In this document: piece after piece, positions 50,010 through 61,825 of the stretch | How positions within the stretch are numbered: position 1 is the first letter of the stretch | Layout: every line of letters begins with the position of its first letter | NCBI RefSeq assembly: GCF_964194155.1 | Contig: NC_135883.1 | Coordinates: 136,648,001 to 136,712,000 of the forward strand | DNA length: 64,000 bases | Direction of reading: 5' to 3' | From: Cetorhinus maximus | Taxonomy: Eukaryota | Program-made: the position numbers and the translations under genes | The notes under the pieces: model-generated | Database searches by the model: none | Told to the model about the DNA's origin: nothing | What the model saw: only the letters and a program-made list of their open reading frames with translations

Positions 50010-51770
50010 GAACCTAGATTTTTTTTAACATGGAATTGCGTGGAACATACACCGAAACTAGCTGGTTGACCCAACTGTACATGCTGGTGTTTATACTTCA
50101 CATGAATCTTCTCCCACTCTATATACCTAAATTCAGCCTTTCAACATAACTTTCTATTCCCTCTTCTCTCCTGTATTCATCTAATTTCCTTTTAGAAGCA
50201 TCTAAGCTATTTGCCACTTCCTGAGTATAAGGTCTCTCATTTCCCTATTGGATTTATTATTCTTTATGGCCCCAAGTTTTGGATTCTCCCACATGTGAAA
50301 ACATTCTCTCCTGATCAACCCTGTCCAATCCATAAAGACCTCATCAGATCACCTCTAAAGAAAGAAGGTCTAACCTGTTCAGACTTTCTCGATAGCTGTA
50401 ATCTCACAGTTCTGGTATCATCCTCGTAAATCTTTTTTGCACTTTTTCCACTACTGTTCCAGCCTATTTATAGTATTGAGATCAGAACTCTAAGTGCATC
50501 CTATACCAGTTCAAAATAACTTCACTACTTTTGAATTCTATACCCCTAGAAGTATATCCCAGTACATTGTAAGCAGTTTTAATTGCTTTGCTGACCAGTG
50601 ACACCACATTTAATCATTTACTCACCTGTATCCCTAGATCCCTTTGCTCTTTTACCCCATTCAGTTTCTTATTTTCTAAGGTGTAGGTGATGTTTCTGTT
50701 ATCCTATTAAAACGCATCACCTCACCTTTATCCACATTAAAGTTCATTTGCCACACAACCGTTAATTCAGCAAGTTTCCTGATGTCTTCTTGTATAATGT
50801 TGCAATCTTCCTCAGTGTTAGCTATGCCTCCCAGTTTGATATCATCTGCAAATTCTCATATTGAGTTACTTATTCCTAATCCCAAATCATTCATGTGAAT
50901 TATGAATAAAAGTAATTCCAGCATGATCCTTGTGGATCACATTCTACCTTTCACCAATCTGAATAACAGTCCTTTACCCTTTCTCCCGACTTTCTATTCT
51001 TTAACAAATTTGCTATCTATTTAGATATTTGTCACCTGACTCGAATACCCTAATCTTTGTAATAAGTGGTATCGTATCAACAGCCTTCTGAAAATCCAAG
51101 TATATGATGCGCACTACTTTAACAGTGACCCTTTCAAAGAATTCCCTTGAGGTAGTTTAATATAGCATAAGCTTTTGGAACCTATGCTATTTTTTTAAAT
51201 TACATTTTCCATCTCTGGGTGTCCTTCTATTTCTGCTTTTAGTGTAGATTCCAGTGTCTTTCCTATCACTGACATTGAGCTGACTATTCCCAAGTTTTGT
51301 TCTGGGAGATAGAAACAACATTTTTTTTATTCTTGCACAGGGCCTGGGCATCACTGGCTCGCCCAGCACTTTTTGCTGCCCATCCCTAGTTGCCCTTGAG
51401 AAGGGGGTGGAGAGCTGCCTTCTTGAACCGCTGCAGTCCATGTGGTGTAGGTACACCCACAGTGCTGTTGGGGAGGGAGTTCCAGGATTTGGACCCAGTG
51501 ACAATGAAGGAACGTCAAGTCAGGTTCGTGAGTGGCATGGAGGGGAACATTAGCTACCCTGCAGTCCTCTGGCCCTGTGTCCTCTTCTATGTAATTTTTA
51601 TATAAATGAATTAATGCCTCTGCCATCTTCTTCCCAGTTTCCTTGGGCATGCATGGGTGAATGCCATTCAGATCTGAGGTTTTATCCTTTATATCTTTAC
51701 CAGCTTGTCAATTATTTTCTCCCTTTCTATTCCAGCTGTATTAATACTCTTTTTAAGATCATCTTCCAGT
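50010..51770 (-). mobile_element. Old CR1 copy interrupted by a LINE tail at 51320-51545
   Basis: Antisense RT motifs (FADDIKLGG, YLDFQKA.D, PEDCRVANV). Confidence 0.7.
51320..51545 (-). mobile_element. CR1/L2-group LINE 3' tail
   Basis: CCCATCCCTAGTTGCCCTTGAGAAGG...GGAGTTCCAGGATTT. Confidence 0.85.
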
Positions 51771-52871
51771 GAAGTGTCTATTTCCTCTCCTTCGGGTCCT
51801 GACTGTAGTCCCTGCAGTGACCGCTGTTCAAACCTGGTGCTGCTGGGATCCAATTTGCTGGCAGCTCTCTAAGGCGGGACTTCCTCCCTTCCGAACGTTA
51901 AATGGCTGTGGGGCATCTGGTAACAGCGGGGATGCAATCCCTGCTGACTCTTCAGGCGGTGAGGCAGGAAACCCCGCCTCCTGAAAAATCCTGCCTGTGA
52001 CTCCCCTGGTGATTGTGGTTGCGGGAAATGGAAAATGTACTGGGAATTTGGGACTGGGGAGATTTCTTGAGATAGAGTACAGGGAGCTTTACTCTAAATC
52101 TAACAACACCGTCACTGACCTTGCCCTGCTTCATGCTGACAATGGGTGCCCAAACTATAAATGCCAAAGCAACAACATCCTTCACCTCAATGAGCACAAA
52201 AGAAGAGTGAATAAAGTGAAACAACGTCCTGCCGTGCACAGTTGGAGTTTTGCTGTTCAGCAGAACAAATCTCTAAGCTGGAATCCTAGCTCAACAGCCC
52301 AGGACTTTTCTAGTGGTACCAGGAATTGGACCAACCTCAACACAGCTATTGCATAGATGGAAGACCTGCAATAATAACGAGCAATAATCCTTGCACCTAC
52401 ATACCACACCCCAACTCAAAAGTTGTCACAGTATTTTAAAGCACGGGGTAATAGCCGTGGTGCACAACAACAAGAAATTATCGAGCATGGAAAACTTGAT
52501 CCCTGATATTGCATCCCTGGTACACAAAGCACTGCATTCGGAGAGAAAAATAAAAAACATACAAGGATCTGACGGAGAGAAATTATTGGGGAAGATTTTT
52601 GTTTCCCCTGCTGAGTTTGCAGGTTGTTTCTGCCGGAGTGTTAGGAGAACACAGTAAGGTATTTCACTATGGAGTTGAAGGGCGCAGACCTTCACTCACA
52701 ATTAGTAGAAAGTTCAGTTGAGCTCTTCGTGGGGGCAACGTGTACAGAACTGTAGACTTTCATTCAGGAAGAAAAGCTTTGGAAGCTTGAGCTAACCTGT
52801 GTTCCTTCCAGCAATTGAATCCTAAACAGCAGTAGCAGGATCCTGGGAGTAGATTGATCAGTGGAGACTAC

Positions 52872-53490
52872 GGCCTGAACTTTTTCCCGTGTCGGGCAAG
52901 CTCGGCAGGAGCGGGTGGGGGTGGTTGCAGAGCCGACTGCCGCCCACAATCGGCTCCACGCCGCCATTTTACACGGGCAGGCCAATTAAGGGCCCCCCCC
53001 CAGCATAATACGCGAGCTGTAGTGCTGAGCGCTACCTGTGTGGGAAGGGGGAGGAGGGAGATTCGGGTCCACCGCTCTTTCGCGCATGCGCGTGAAAACG
53101 TGCTTCAATCTCCCGGGGACACAGAGCCCCCTCAGGGAGATTGAAGCGCTTGTGTAAAATATACAAAGATGCAATAAAACTTTAATGAAGTGTCACATGA
53201 GATAGGATATGTTTTCATTTTTCAGAAAAAGTTTTTATTCATTTTGTAAAAGCTTTAGGAAATCCCTTCCTGCTCGTGGATGAGGTATCCTAAAAAACAT
53301 GGAGGCCGCTTGGCCTTTTCGCCTGCCCGCCAATCATTAGGTCGGACGGGCAGCGTAAATTGAAATTAATTAGTTCCTTAATGGCCTTAATAGGCTTTTT
53401 AATTATCGGCAGGCACGCAGTCGACTCCGGCGCGCCCACTGAGCGAAACATCGCGCGTCATTTTACGTGCCGGCATGAAAAATCCTGACC
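52872..53490. mobile_element. Harbinger-type MITE (inverted relative to the 56261 copy)
   Basis: TIR-like GGCCTGAACTTTTTC / GAAAAATCCTGACC; homologous to 56261-56967. Confidence 0.75.
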
Positions 53491-53698
53491 TATGTGGTAT
53501 AGAGGAAAAATACACCAAGGATATCGTGGGCATAGAGAACAAAATTCAATTTTTAGTATATATACTTAGAATTACATAAAATGTAAAGGAGAGGAGCATG
53601 CAATTCAGCCCAGTTGTTTCATGCCAGTGTTACTGCTCCACAAGAGCCTTCTCGCACTCTTCTTCATCTCGCCTTGCTAACAAATCCTTCTTGTCCTT

Positions 53699-53851
53699 AA
53701 GATAAAAGCAAAATACTGTGGATGCTGGAAATCTGAAACAAAAATAGAAGATGCTGTAAAAACTCATCAGGTCTAGCAGCATCTGTGGAGAGGGAAACAG
53801 AGTTAACGTTTCAAGTCCATATCAGATGTACTGAGTTTTTACAGTATTTTC
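53699..53851 (-). mobile_element. Penelope pLTR mini-element with inverted end
   Basis: 7-bp TSD TGTCCTT (53692-53698, 53852-53858); antisense pLTR plus a short sense copy CTGAGTTTTTACAGTATTTTC. Confidence 0.75.
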
Positions 53852-54864
53852 TGTCCTTCCAGTTCTTACTCTCTCATGTATTTATCTAGCTTCCCCTTGG
53901 AGGTATAATACATATATTAGATATGAAAAAGTTGCAGGGCGAGGGGGAAAGGGCAAGTGAGGGACTAATTGGATAGCTCTTTCAAAGAGCTGACACGGGC
54001 ATGATGGACTGAATGGCCTCTCCTATGCTGTAGCACTTTATGAAAATAACCTCTGAAGAACATTGTAATGCAATGAATTCTGGAACAAAAAGTGAAACCG
54101 CACTTTTTGAGGCAGAGCTACAAAACAGGAAACATACCCACCAACTGTATTCATTTCTTATGTGATGTAATGTGTAGTATTAGTCATTTTTACTGTCAAT
54201 GTTTTCAAAATTGTCATGAAGTTCCCCCCACTTGGGCAAAAAATTAGAATGTCAACAATCTATTAGAAAGAGTTTACTCAATTTCCGACAAACTATGCAA
54301 GAATATAAGGTTGATTTTGATTTGTGTAATATCAGCTGACATTGAGGTACGGCCAGGGATTTTTTACTGCATGTTTGGACGCAATGGAAAGAGAGAATGA
54401 AAAAGTGAAAGAAGGTTTTTTTTCTCACAAACTCACCAGTCTGTTTTCAGTGCATCCAGTATGGCCAAGTGTTCAATAAAGCATACTTTACTCTACTGTA
54501 AATTCAGACTTCCACAGAACAAAGCAAGAAGGAAAAGCTGCAAATGCCGCAAATCTGAAATAAAAACAGAAAATGTTGACGATCCAACAGCACCTTGCAT
54601 TTATATAGAGCCTTTAATATAGTAAAATGCCACAGTGATATTTTGGATGTGCACCCTGAGTGCTGAAGAAAGGTACACTCTGAAATGTCATAACCTGTCT
54701 TTTCTCTTTCTCAATGCAGACTGTATTGTTAGCGCAGTCTCCGTTTATTTCAGTACTTTACACTTATCCATGTCTGGCGTAAATGCAATTCCACAATAGG
54801 TTGTTAAGAGATGCAAACCACTTGCGGAAAGTTGATGAATAGCATCTATTCTCTCTCAGAGGGT

Positions 54865-55260
54865 CTGATGTGGCCCAGTTGATCCGGTGGGTTCAAGTCC
54901 CTCTCAAGTCTTGAGCACAAAAATTAAAGCCGGCACTTCAATGCAGTGCTGCACTGTCTGAGCGGCTGGCTTTTGAATGAGATGTTAAATCAAGCCCCCA
55001 TCTGCCTGCTGGGGCAGACATGAAAGATCCCGTGGCACAATTTAGAGGAGGATGATCCCTAGTGGCCTGGCCAATATTTATTCCTCAATTGACATCACAA
55101 AAAATGGACAATCTGGCCATTATCTCATTGGTGCTTGTGGCTTTGCACAAATTGGCTGCGGTGTTTCCTACATTACAATAGTGACTACACTTCAAAACTA
55201 TTTTATTGGCTGTAAAGTGCTTTGGGATGTCCTGGTGCTCTATACTTGCAAATCTTTCCT
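54865..55260 (+). mobile_element. DeuSINE-type SINE
   Basis: GGTTCAAGTCC B-box; Deu-like core; family tail. Confidence 0.8.
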
Positions 55261-56260
55261 TTTTCCTTTCCTTCGCATCTTGAGAAAGAATACACGTGTA
55301 TTGTATAGCTTTTCATCTATCAGCCCAGCTGAAAATAATAAAATTTATCCAGCTAAGAGGTCTAATTTCCTCTGTTAGCTGGCTGGCCAATGTATTAGTG
55401 TGAAATGCCTGTGCATGCTATTTTTAAGGACTGTATTTAAATGCTGCACGGAGGAATTTTACACAAACATTTAACCAGATGAAATTAAAATCCTAAGTAA
55501 CTTTGAATGGCAGATAACCCTGGGACCCATGACCTTTTAGTTGGGAGTCAAGCACTCAACCATTTGAGCTACTGGGAAGCACTATTTGTCTTCCTCAACA
55601 GACACCCCAACCTAACTGAAAACAAACACCTCTATACCGTCAGTCTTTTCATTCTGTACTTAACGCCTCATACTTTGTGAAGTTACTAAAGGTCAATGAC
55701 TCGCATTTCTGTTTTTGTTTTTAAAGTCAGTCTTCCGTACACTCCAGGTTTAACGTTTTCTTTGAGTCCGACACAAAACGGGACATTAATTATCAACAAT
55801 TACATTCCTTGAAGCTGCCTGCTGATTGCCAAAGGAAGTCTAAGACAAACTGCAGGGCAAATAAAAAACAGCAGAGACCAAGTTCTATTGTTACATCGCA
55901 AGTCAGTGAAATAGGATAAAAACAATATTGTCTGCTGCTTTGTATATCATGTGGTTACAAGCCATAAACCTTATCCTACCCATGTCAATCCCTTGGTGAC
56001 CCGATTTTGATCACAACTCCAATCTTAAGGCTGAGGAGATCCTTATTTTTGTCAGTTCTGGGGGCTTCATCAAAATGACAAATACCTTAAAACCTAGGAA
56101 ACTCAAAGGTTATTTTAGAAACATGTTATAAATGTTAAAGTGTTTTGTTAAATGTTTATTTTAATTTGGGTCCATTTCTGATTGGGAAGAAACCTGGCCC
56201 AGTGTTGCACTGTTTTATAAGCCATGGGCCAGATTTTTGTCTTCTTCCTTCTGATACTAT

Positions 56261-56967
56261 GGGCAGAATTTTTCAGTCGGCAAGCAGGGGACAGACCCGA
56301 CACGCCGATGCGCAAAATGACGCGTGATGACATCGGGCGTATGTCCCGGCGTCACCGAGCGCCATCGCGATATTTTGTTTGGCGGGCGCGCGCCAGAGTC
56401 GGCTGCGCACCCACCGAAATGTAAACGACCTATTAAGGCCATTAACAAAGTAATTATTGTGATTGTTAACGCTGCCCGTCCAACCTTAAGGTTAGCGGGC
56501 AGGCGAAAAGCCCAAGTGGCCTCTGCGTTTTCTAGGAAGCCTCATCCACGAGCGGGAGGAGATTTCCTAAAACTTGTTTAAATAAATTTTTAAAAAATTC
56601 ATAAATATAAAAGCCTGCCCCACCTCATGTGACACAGTCACATGAGGGGACATGTTTAAATAATTTTTTAAACCTTTCTTAAATTTTTTTAAACATCGAT
56701 TCAATGCCGTGCCTCAGGGAGATTTCTGCACTCTTTCATGCGCATGCGCATGCGCGCGAAAGAGCGCTGGCCCCGACTCTCCCTCCTCCCCCCACCCGCA
56801 TAGGTAGCGCTGAGCGCTACCGGTGCATCTTACGCTGGGCGTGCCTTAATTGCCCCGCCGCGTAAAATGGCGGCGTGGAGCCGATCACAGTCGGCGATCA
56901 GCTCCGCGTCCGCCCACGCCCACGCCCACTCCCGCCGAGCCCGCCTGCCATATGAAAAATTCTGCCC
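56261..56967. mobile_element. Intact Harbinger-type MITE (707 bp)
   Basis: Perfect 15-bp TIR GGGCAGAATTTTTCA / TGAAAAATTCTGCCC and 3-bp TSD TAT. Confidence 0.92.
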
Positions 56968-57117
56968 TATCAGGAACCAGTGTTGCCTGCCAAGAGGTCA
57001 CCCACTCATTTCTGCAGATTGTGGCAAATCAGCTGGGAATGATCATTAAACCTGCATTTTCAGAGTCTGAACCAGCAGAGGGGTAGATGCCAAGATGTGC
57101 CATCTGCTCTAAGGACA

Positions 57118-57771
57118 CTCGTTGGGTGGGCATGCGACTGGCCCGAACAAGCGTAAAATGGCTTGTGCGATGTTTCAATCGGCTTAGCTTTTTCTTTAGC
57201 TAAGACCATCCTCCCGTTGGGGCATTGGCTTGTGACGTTATCTAGTCACGCGGGAGTCGGCAGCGTGCCTAACAACAATTAACAGGCCTATTAAGGCACC
57301 AGCTGAATTAAATTTTTCGCTGCCTGTCCAACCTTATGGTTGGCGGGCAGGTGAAAAGGCCAAGTGGCCTTTGGGTATTTTAGGGAAGCTCATCCACAGG
57401 CAGGATGAGGCTTCCAACAGCTATTAAAAATTAAGTAAAAATGTTAACATTTCATCAATAACGTCTCCCTGCTCATGTGGCAGAGTCACATGTGGGGTCA
57501 TGTTTTTTACCATTTTAAAATTATTATTTTTAATTTTTAAAATCTTCATTTTCCTGAGGCAGCTACACGCATCCACGTGCATGTGCGAAATTCCCCGCTC
57601 GCCCTCCTCCGCCCCTCCCACACAGGCAGTGCTGAGCACTGCGCCGTGCATTTCACGCTGGGTGAGCCTTAATTGCCCCGCCAGCGTGAAATCGTGGTTG
57701 CGGCCCGATCGCTTTCCGACTGTTCCTGCTCGCCCCCACTGAGCCCACCCGATGAGGTCAAAATTTGACCC
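57118..57771. mobile_element. Harbinger-type MITE with left TIR lost and a 59-bp foreign insert
   Basis: Collinear with the 56261 copy; right end AAAATTTGACCC. Confidence 0.75.
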
Positions 57772-58490
57772 TGAGGTGTCCGGTATTGTGGAAGACCCTG
57801 ACCAGCGAGCCGCTTTGAGATGCCCAATTATTGCCCACAACTACCTGTTATTGTGGAGGCGAGGCTCAAGGCCCAATTTTGAATGAGCTGTGGGCCCCTG
57901 TTCTCAGACTTGTATCCTAAACATGCCACTCACTTTGCGGCAGTTTTTGAAGTGAAGCTGATTTCTTCCCCCCAACTCCTGAGTGGCAATCTTGGAGGAT
58001 TGGAGAGTTGGCCACATACCTTTTTGGTCAGCCACGCATGGAACTACATCAGCCAAGTTAAAAGTTTCCAAACCAAACTATCGTGAAATCCACATTTATA
58101 AAAATTGATATTTCCCCAATATTATTTGCACTGTCTCTTTGAAGGGAAGTACCTTATTTCCCTGAACACAGGGAGCTTCACATTGGCACATACCAAAACT
58201 CAGGAGCTCTCCAAGTGTTTAACTATTAACACAGGTAAAACTTCCCGCTTTTTCTCCAGCTAAGACCATCCTACCCGTTGGGGCATTGGCTTGTGACGTT
58301 ATCTAGATACTAGCCCCTAGCAATGAGTCTACCTCCAAGGCCCCATCAATGATTTAGGTTGTCTAGTCAATCAAAATCTGTAGTATGATATCAGATTACC
58401 AATTCAGGCACAAAGGATTAAGTTGGTTTCAACCTCCTATTGTTAGAAATGTCAGTTAGGAACTAATTAAATGACAGAGACGTCACTTAC

Positions 58491-58667
58491 TTCAACCTTT
58501 TCTCCAAGGAAGATGGTTACCAGATAACTGATAGAGCAGCAACAAAGCAAGTCCAGATGTGTGTTCCAGCAAAGGCAGTTTTGATAAGTGGGATTTTCAA
58601 ACAAGCAAGTTTTTGTTAAGCTCTCCCATTTAAAACCGTTGCAAAAATGTGACAAGTTCCATTTTTC
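58491..58667 (-). CDS. Candidate internal exon (59 codons, phase 0/0), product unknown
   Basis: ttattgtag|GAA...GAA|gtaagt; 177 nt open in frame 0 (EKWNLSHFCNGFKWE...LGEKVE); the acceptor pyrimidine tract is weak. Confidence 0.3.
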
Positions 58668-59927
58668 CTACAATAATTCAACGTGCGTTACATTGTTGAT
58701 TCTGTTATTTTTTAAAAAAATGAGGGTCTAGTCCCAGTTTCAGGACCCATTTGCAAAATGTGTTAAGGCCAAGTGGAGCTTGTGCTGGGAAAGCTCTGAC
58801 TAGATTTTACCAGATGTGCAACAGTCTAACCAATGGTCCTTAAAGGACCACGATGTCTTGGAGGTCACAAGTAAAACTGTCAACTGTCAACCTCAGTGAA
58901 TAGGAGTAGTCCTCCTGGCTCCACATTAATACTGAAGGTTTTTCCCAACACCTGCTCTCCAGCCCTCACATATCCCCATGATCACCTTCCCTCCCAGGAC
59001 TTAGCTGAGAAAATAGAGGCTGAGATAAGTAAAATTTGTCAGTCCCATTTGGAACTGTCCACAGTTCACCAGGCTGAGGATAATAAGCTCGAGGGTCCAT
59101 GTAGAATGTGCCTCAGGCCTGCTTCCTCTGTTGCTAATGAATTCACTTTTTACAGGCAGGAGGGCTATTAACCCTCAGTAAATGGTCCACGGAGTGTGTT
59201 GGAGATGGTTAAGCAGGATTTCTGGCACCAGCTTTATTATTCAGTTCAGCTTCCTCCTAATCTTTGTCCTGATCCAGTTCTTCTATTCACTCATCTACAT
59301 TGAAGGATGTACTGAAGCATTTCACCATGTCACCCTTGTACTGAAAGCCAAATGTGAAAGGTACTTATTGGGGAGAATAGGTGGCTTGCCCATCTGCAGC
59401 TGGGATTTGGACAGGAGCCCAGTTCTGATAACATTCTACCCCATTTGTTAACTCTTTCCATTATTTGTTTGAGGGGTGTAAGCACCCAAGTCCTCATCTC
59501 CCTAGTCAAGGGGGTATTTTCTGAGTGAGATCTTGAGCTAGCTTTGCATTGTGCCATTAGAAAGCCTCAGTGATCCTCTCAACAGCTCAGAGCTGAGGGC
59601 CATATGAAAATCCCCAGCCCTTTACTAACAGAAGCTAATCGATCCCAGGTTGGATTGATTACCTGCTTGCTTCACTGTGAAGGGATTTTTATTGTGCCTT
59701 TTCCAACTGGTGGTTTAGGATGAGATTCACTGAAACACCTTTGTTGATGCAATGTGCTTGCATGATGTATTCAAATAACCCCATGCTGTAATTAGGAATA
59801 AATTCTGGGCCCAATTTGCTAATCTTCCCTCTTTTGCTTTTACTCTGACCTTACTTTCAATGTGTTCATAAATCAATTTAGGGTGACACTTGTTTAGTCT
59901 GGGCATTCTGATCTTAGGTATATATTT

Positions 59928-60900
59928 AAAAACAAAAAACTACTGCGGATGCTGGAAATCCAAAACAAAAACAGAATTACCTGGAAAAACTCAGCAGGTC
60001 TATGGCACCTCCCCATGCCCACGCAGAAGATGCAACACCTGCCCCTTCACTTCCTCTCTCCTCACCGTCCAAGGGCCCAAACACTCCTTTCAAGTGAAGC
60101 AGCATTTCACTTGCATTTCCCCTAACTTAGTCTACTGCATTCGTTGCTCCCAATGCGGTCTCCTCTACATTGGAGAGACCAAACGCAAACTGGACGACCG
60201 CTTTGCAGAACACCTGCGGTCTGTCCGCAAGAAAGACCCAAACCTCCCTGTCGCTTGCCATTTTAACACTCCACCCTGCTCTCTTGCCCACATGTCTGTC
60301 CTTGGCTTGCTGCATTGTTCCAGTGAAGCCCAACGCAAACTGGAGGAACAGCACCTCATCTTCCGACTAGGCACTTTACAGCCTTCTGGGCTGAATATTG
60401 AATTCAACAACTTTGGATCTTAAACTCCCTCCCCCCATCCCCACCCCGTTTCTTCCCCCTCCCTTTTGTTTTTTTCAATAATTCATAGAGATTTTTCTTT
60501 TCCCACCTATTTCCATTATTTTAAAATCTACAACTAATACCTTGACAGTCTTTCCACCCCACCCCCACTAGAGCTGTACCTTGAGTGTCCTGCCATCCAT
60601 TCTTAATTAGCACATTTTCTTAGATAATATCACCACCTTCAACACCTCTTTGATCCTTTTGTCTGTGACATCTTTTGATTATCTGCTCCTATCACTGCTT
60701 GCTTGTCCCTACAACCACCCCACCCACCTCAACTTCTCTCCCCCCACCCACCCCCACCTTAAACCAGCTTATATTTCACCCCTCTCCTAACTATACTCAG
60801 TTCTGCTGAAGGATCATGAGGACTCAAAACGTCAACTATTTTCTTCTCCGCCGATGCTGCCAGACCTGCTGAGTTTTTCCAGGTAATTCTGTTTTTGTTT
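59928..60900 (+). mobile_element. Penelope-like element: inverted pLTR + GIY-YIG endonuclease C-terminus + pLTR
   Basis: CPRRRCNTC...FTCISPNLVYCIRCSQCGLLYIGETKRKL..RFAEH...EQHLIFRLGTLQPSGLN; 13-bp TSD TAGGTATATATTT (59915-59927, 60901-60913); perfect 40-bp inverted repeat 59962-60001 / 60862-60901. Confidence 0.93.
60798..60838 (+). ncRNA. Degenerate hammerhead-ribozyme-like motif in the Penelope pLTR
   Basis: CAGTT-CTGCTGA-A-GGATC-ATGAG-GACTC-AAAA-C-GTC-AACTA. Confidence 0.5.
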
Positions 60901-61130
60901 TAGGTATATATTTGTTCTTTGTTTCCAAAGGTGTGACTTGTCTTCTACTGAATTATTGATGGACTTGTAGCACTGCAGGTGAATGCAGTTGCGTGGAAAG
61001 TGTAGAGATATGAACTGTTAAGTCAGCAGGCAGATTTTCACATTATCAGGAGATTTCCTCTGAGAGTTTGTCAAATTGCTCTTAAAACTATGCAATGACA
61101 CTCCTCTGTGGCCTCATCGGAAAACTCCTA

Positions 61131-61825
61131 GAGGAGAATTTTCTCCCTGTCGGGTGGGCCAGTCGGGAGCAGGCATGGAGCAGATCGCCACCTGCGATCG
61201 GCTGCATGCTGCCATTTTACATGGGCAGGCCAATTAATGCCCGCCCAGTGTGATGCACATCCAGGAGCGCTCAGCGCTACCTGGGCGGGCGGGGGGAAGA
61301 GGGAGAGTCGGGGCCTGCGCTCTTTCGCGCATGCGTGTGAGAGTGCGGAAATCTCCCTGAGGCATGGAGCTGTCTCAGGGAGATTAATTTCATCAGGAAA
61401 AACTGAATAAAAGAATTTTTAAAAATTTAAACATGTCCCTTCATGTGACAGTGTCACATGAGCTGGGACATGTTTATGAATTTTAATTAAAAAATTTATT
61501 TAACCTATAAACCCTTCATGAAACCTCATCCTGCACAAGGATGAGGTTCCATGAAAAATGCGAAGGCCGCCTGGGCTCTTCGCCTGCTTGCCAACCTTCA
61601 GGTTGGGCGGGCAGCCCTGACAACTACTTTAATTAGATTATCGACAGACCTAACAGGCCTTTGACAGCTCGGTGGGCACGCAGCCAACTCCGGTGCACGC
61701 TCGCCGAATGGAAGATCAGAGTGACCTGCGATGATGTCAGGACACAAGCCCGATGTCATTACGCTTCATTTTATGCGTCCGTGAGCGGGGCCCGCCCCTG
61801 CACGCCAAGCAGAAGATTCTGGCCC
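61131..61825. mobile_element. Harbinger-type MITE (inverted relative to the 56261 copy)
   Basis: Ends GAGGAGAATTTTCT / AGAAGATTCTGGCCC; central palindrome 61429-61475; hairpin 61515-61555. Confidence 0.8.

Noticed and set aside
59890-60423. 177-aa ORF as a standalone GIY-YIG gene
   Set aside because: The first ~37 codons come from flank and the inverted pLTR; it is a truncated Penelope ORF
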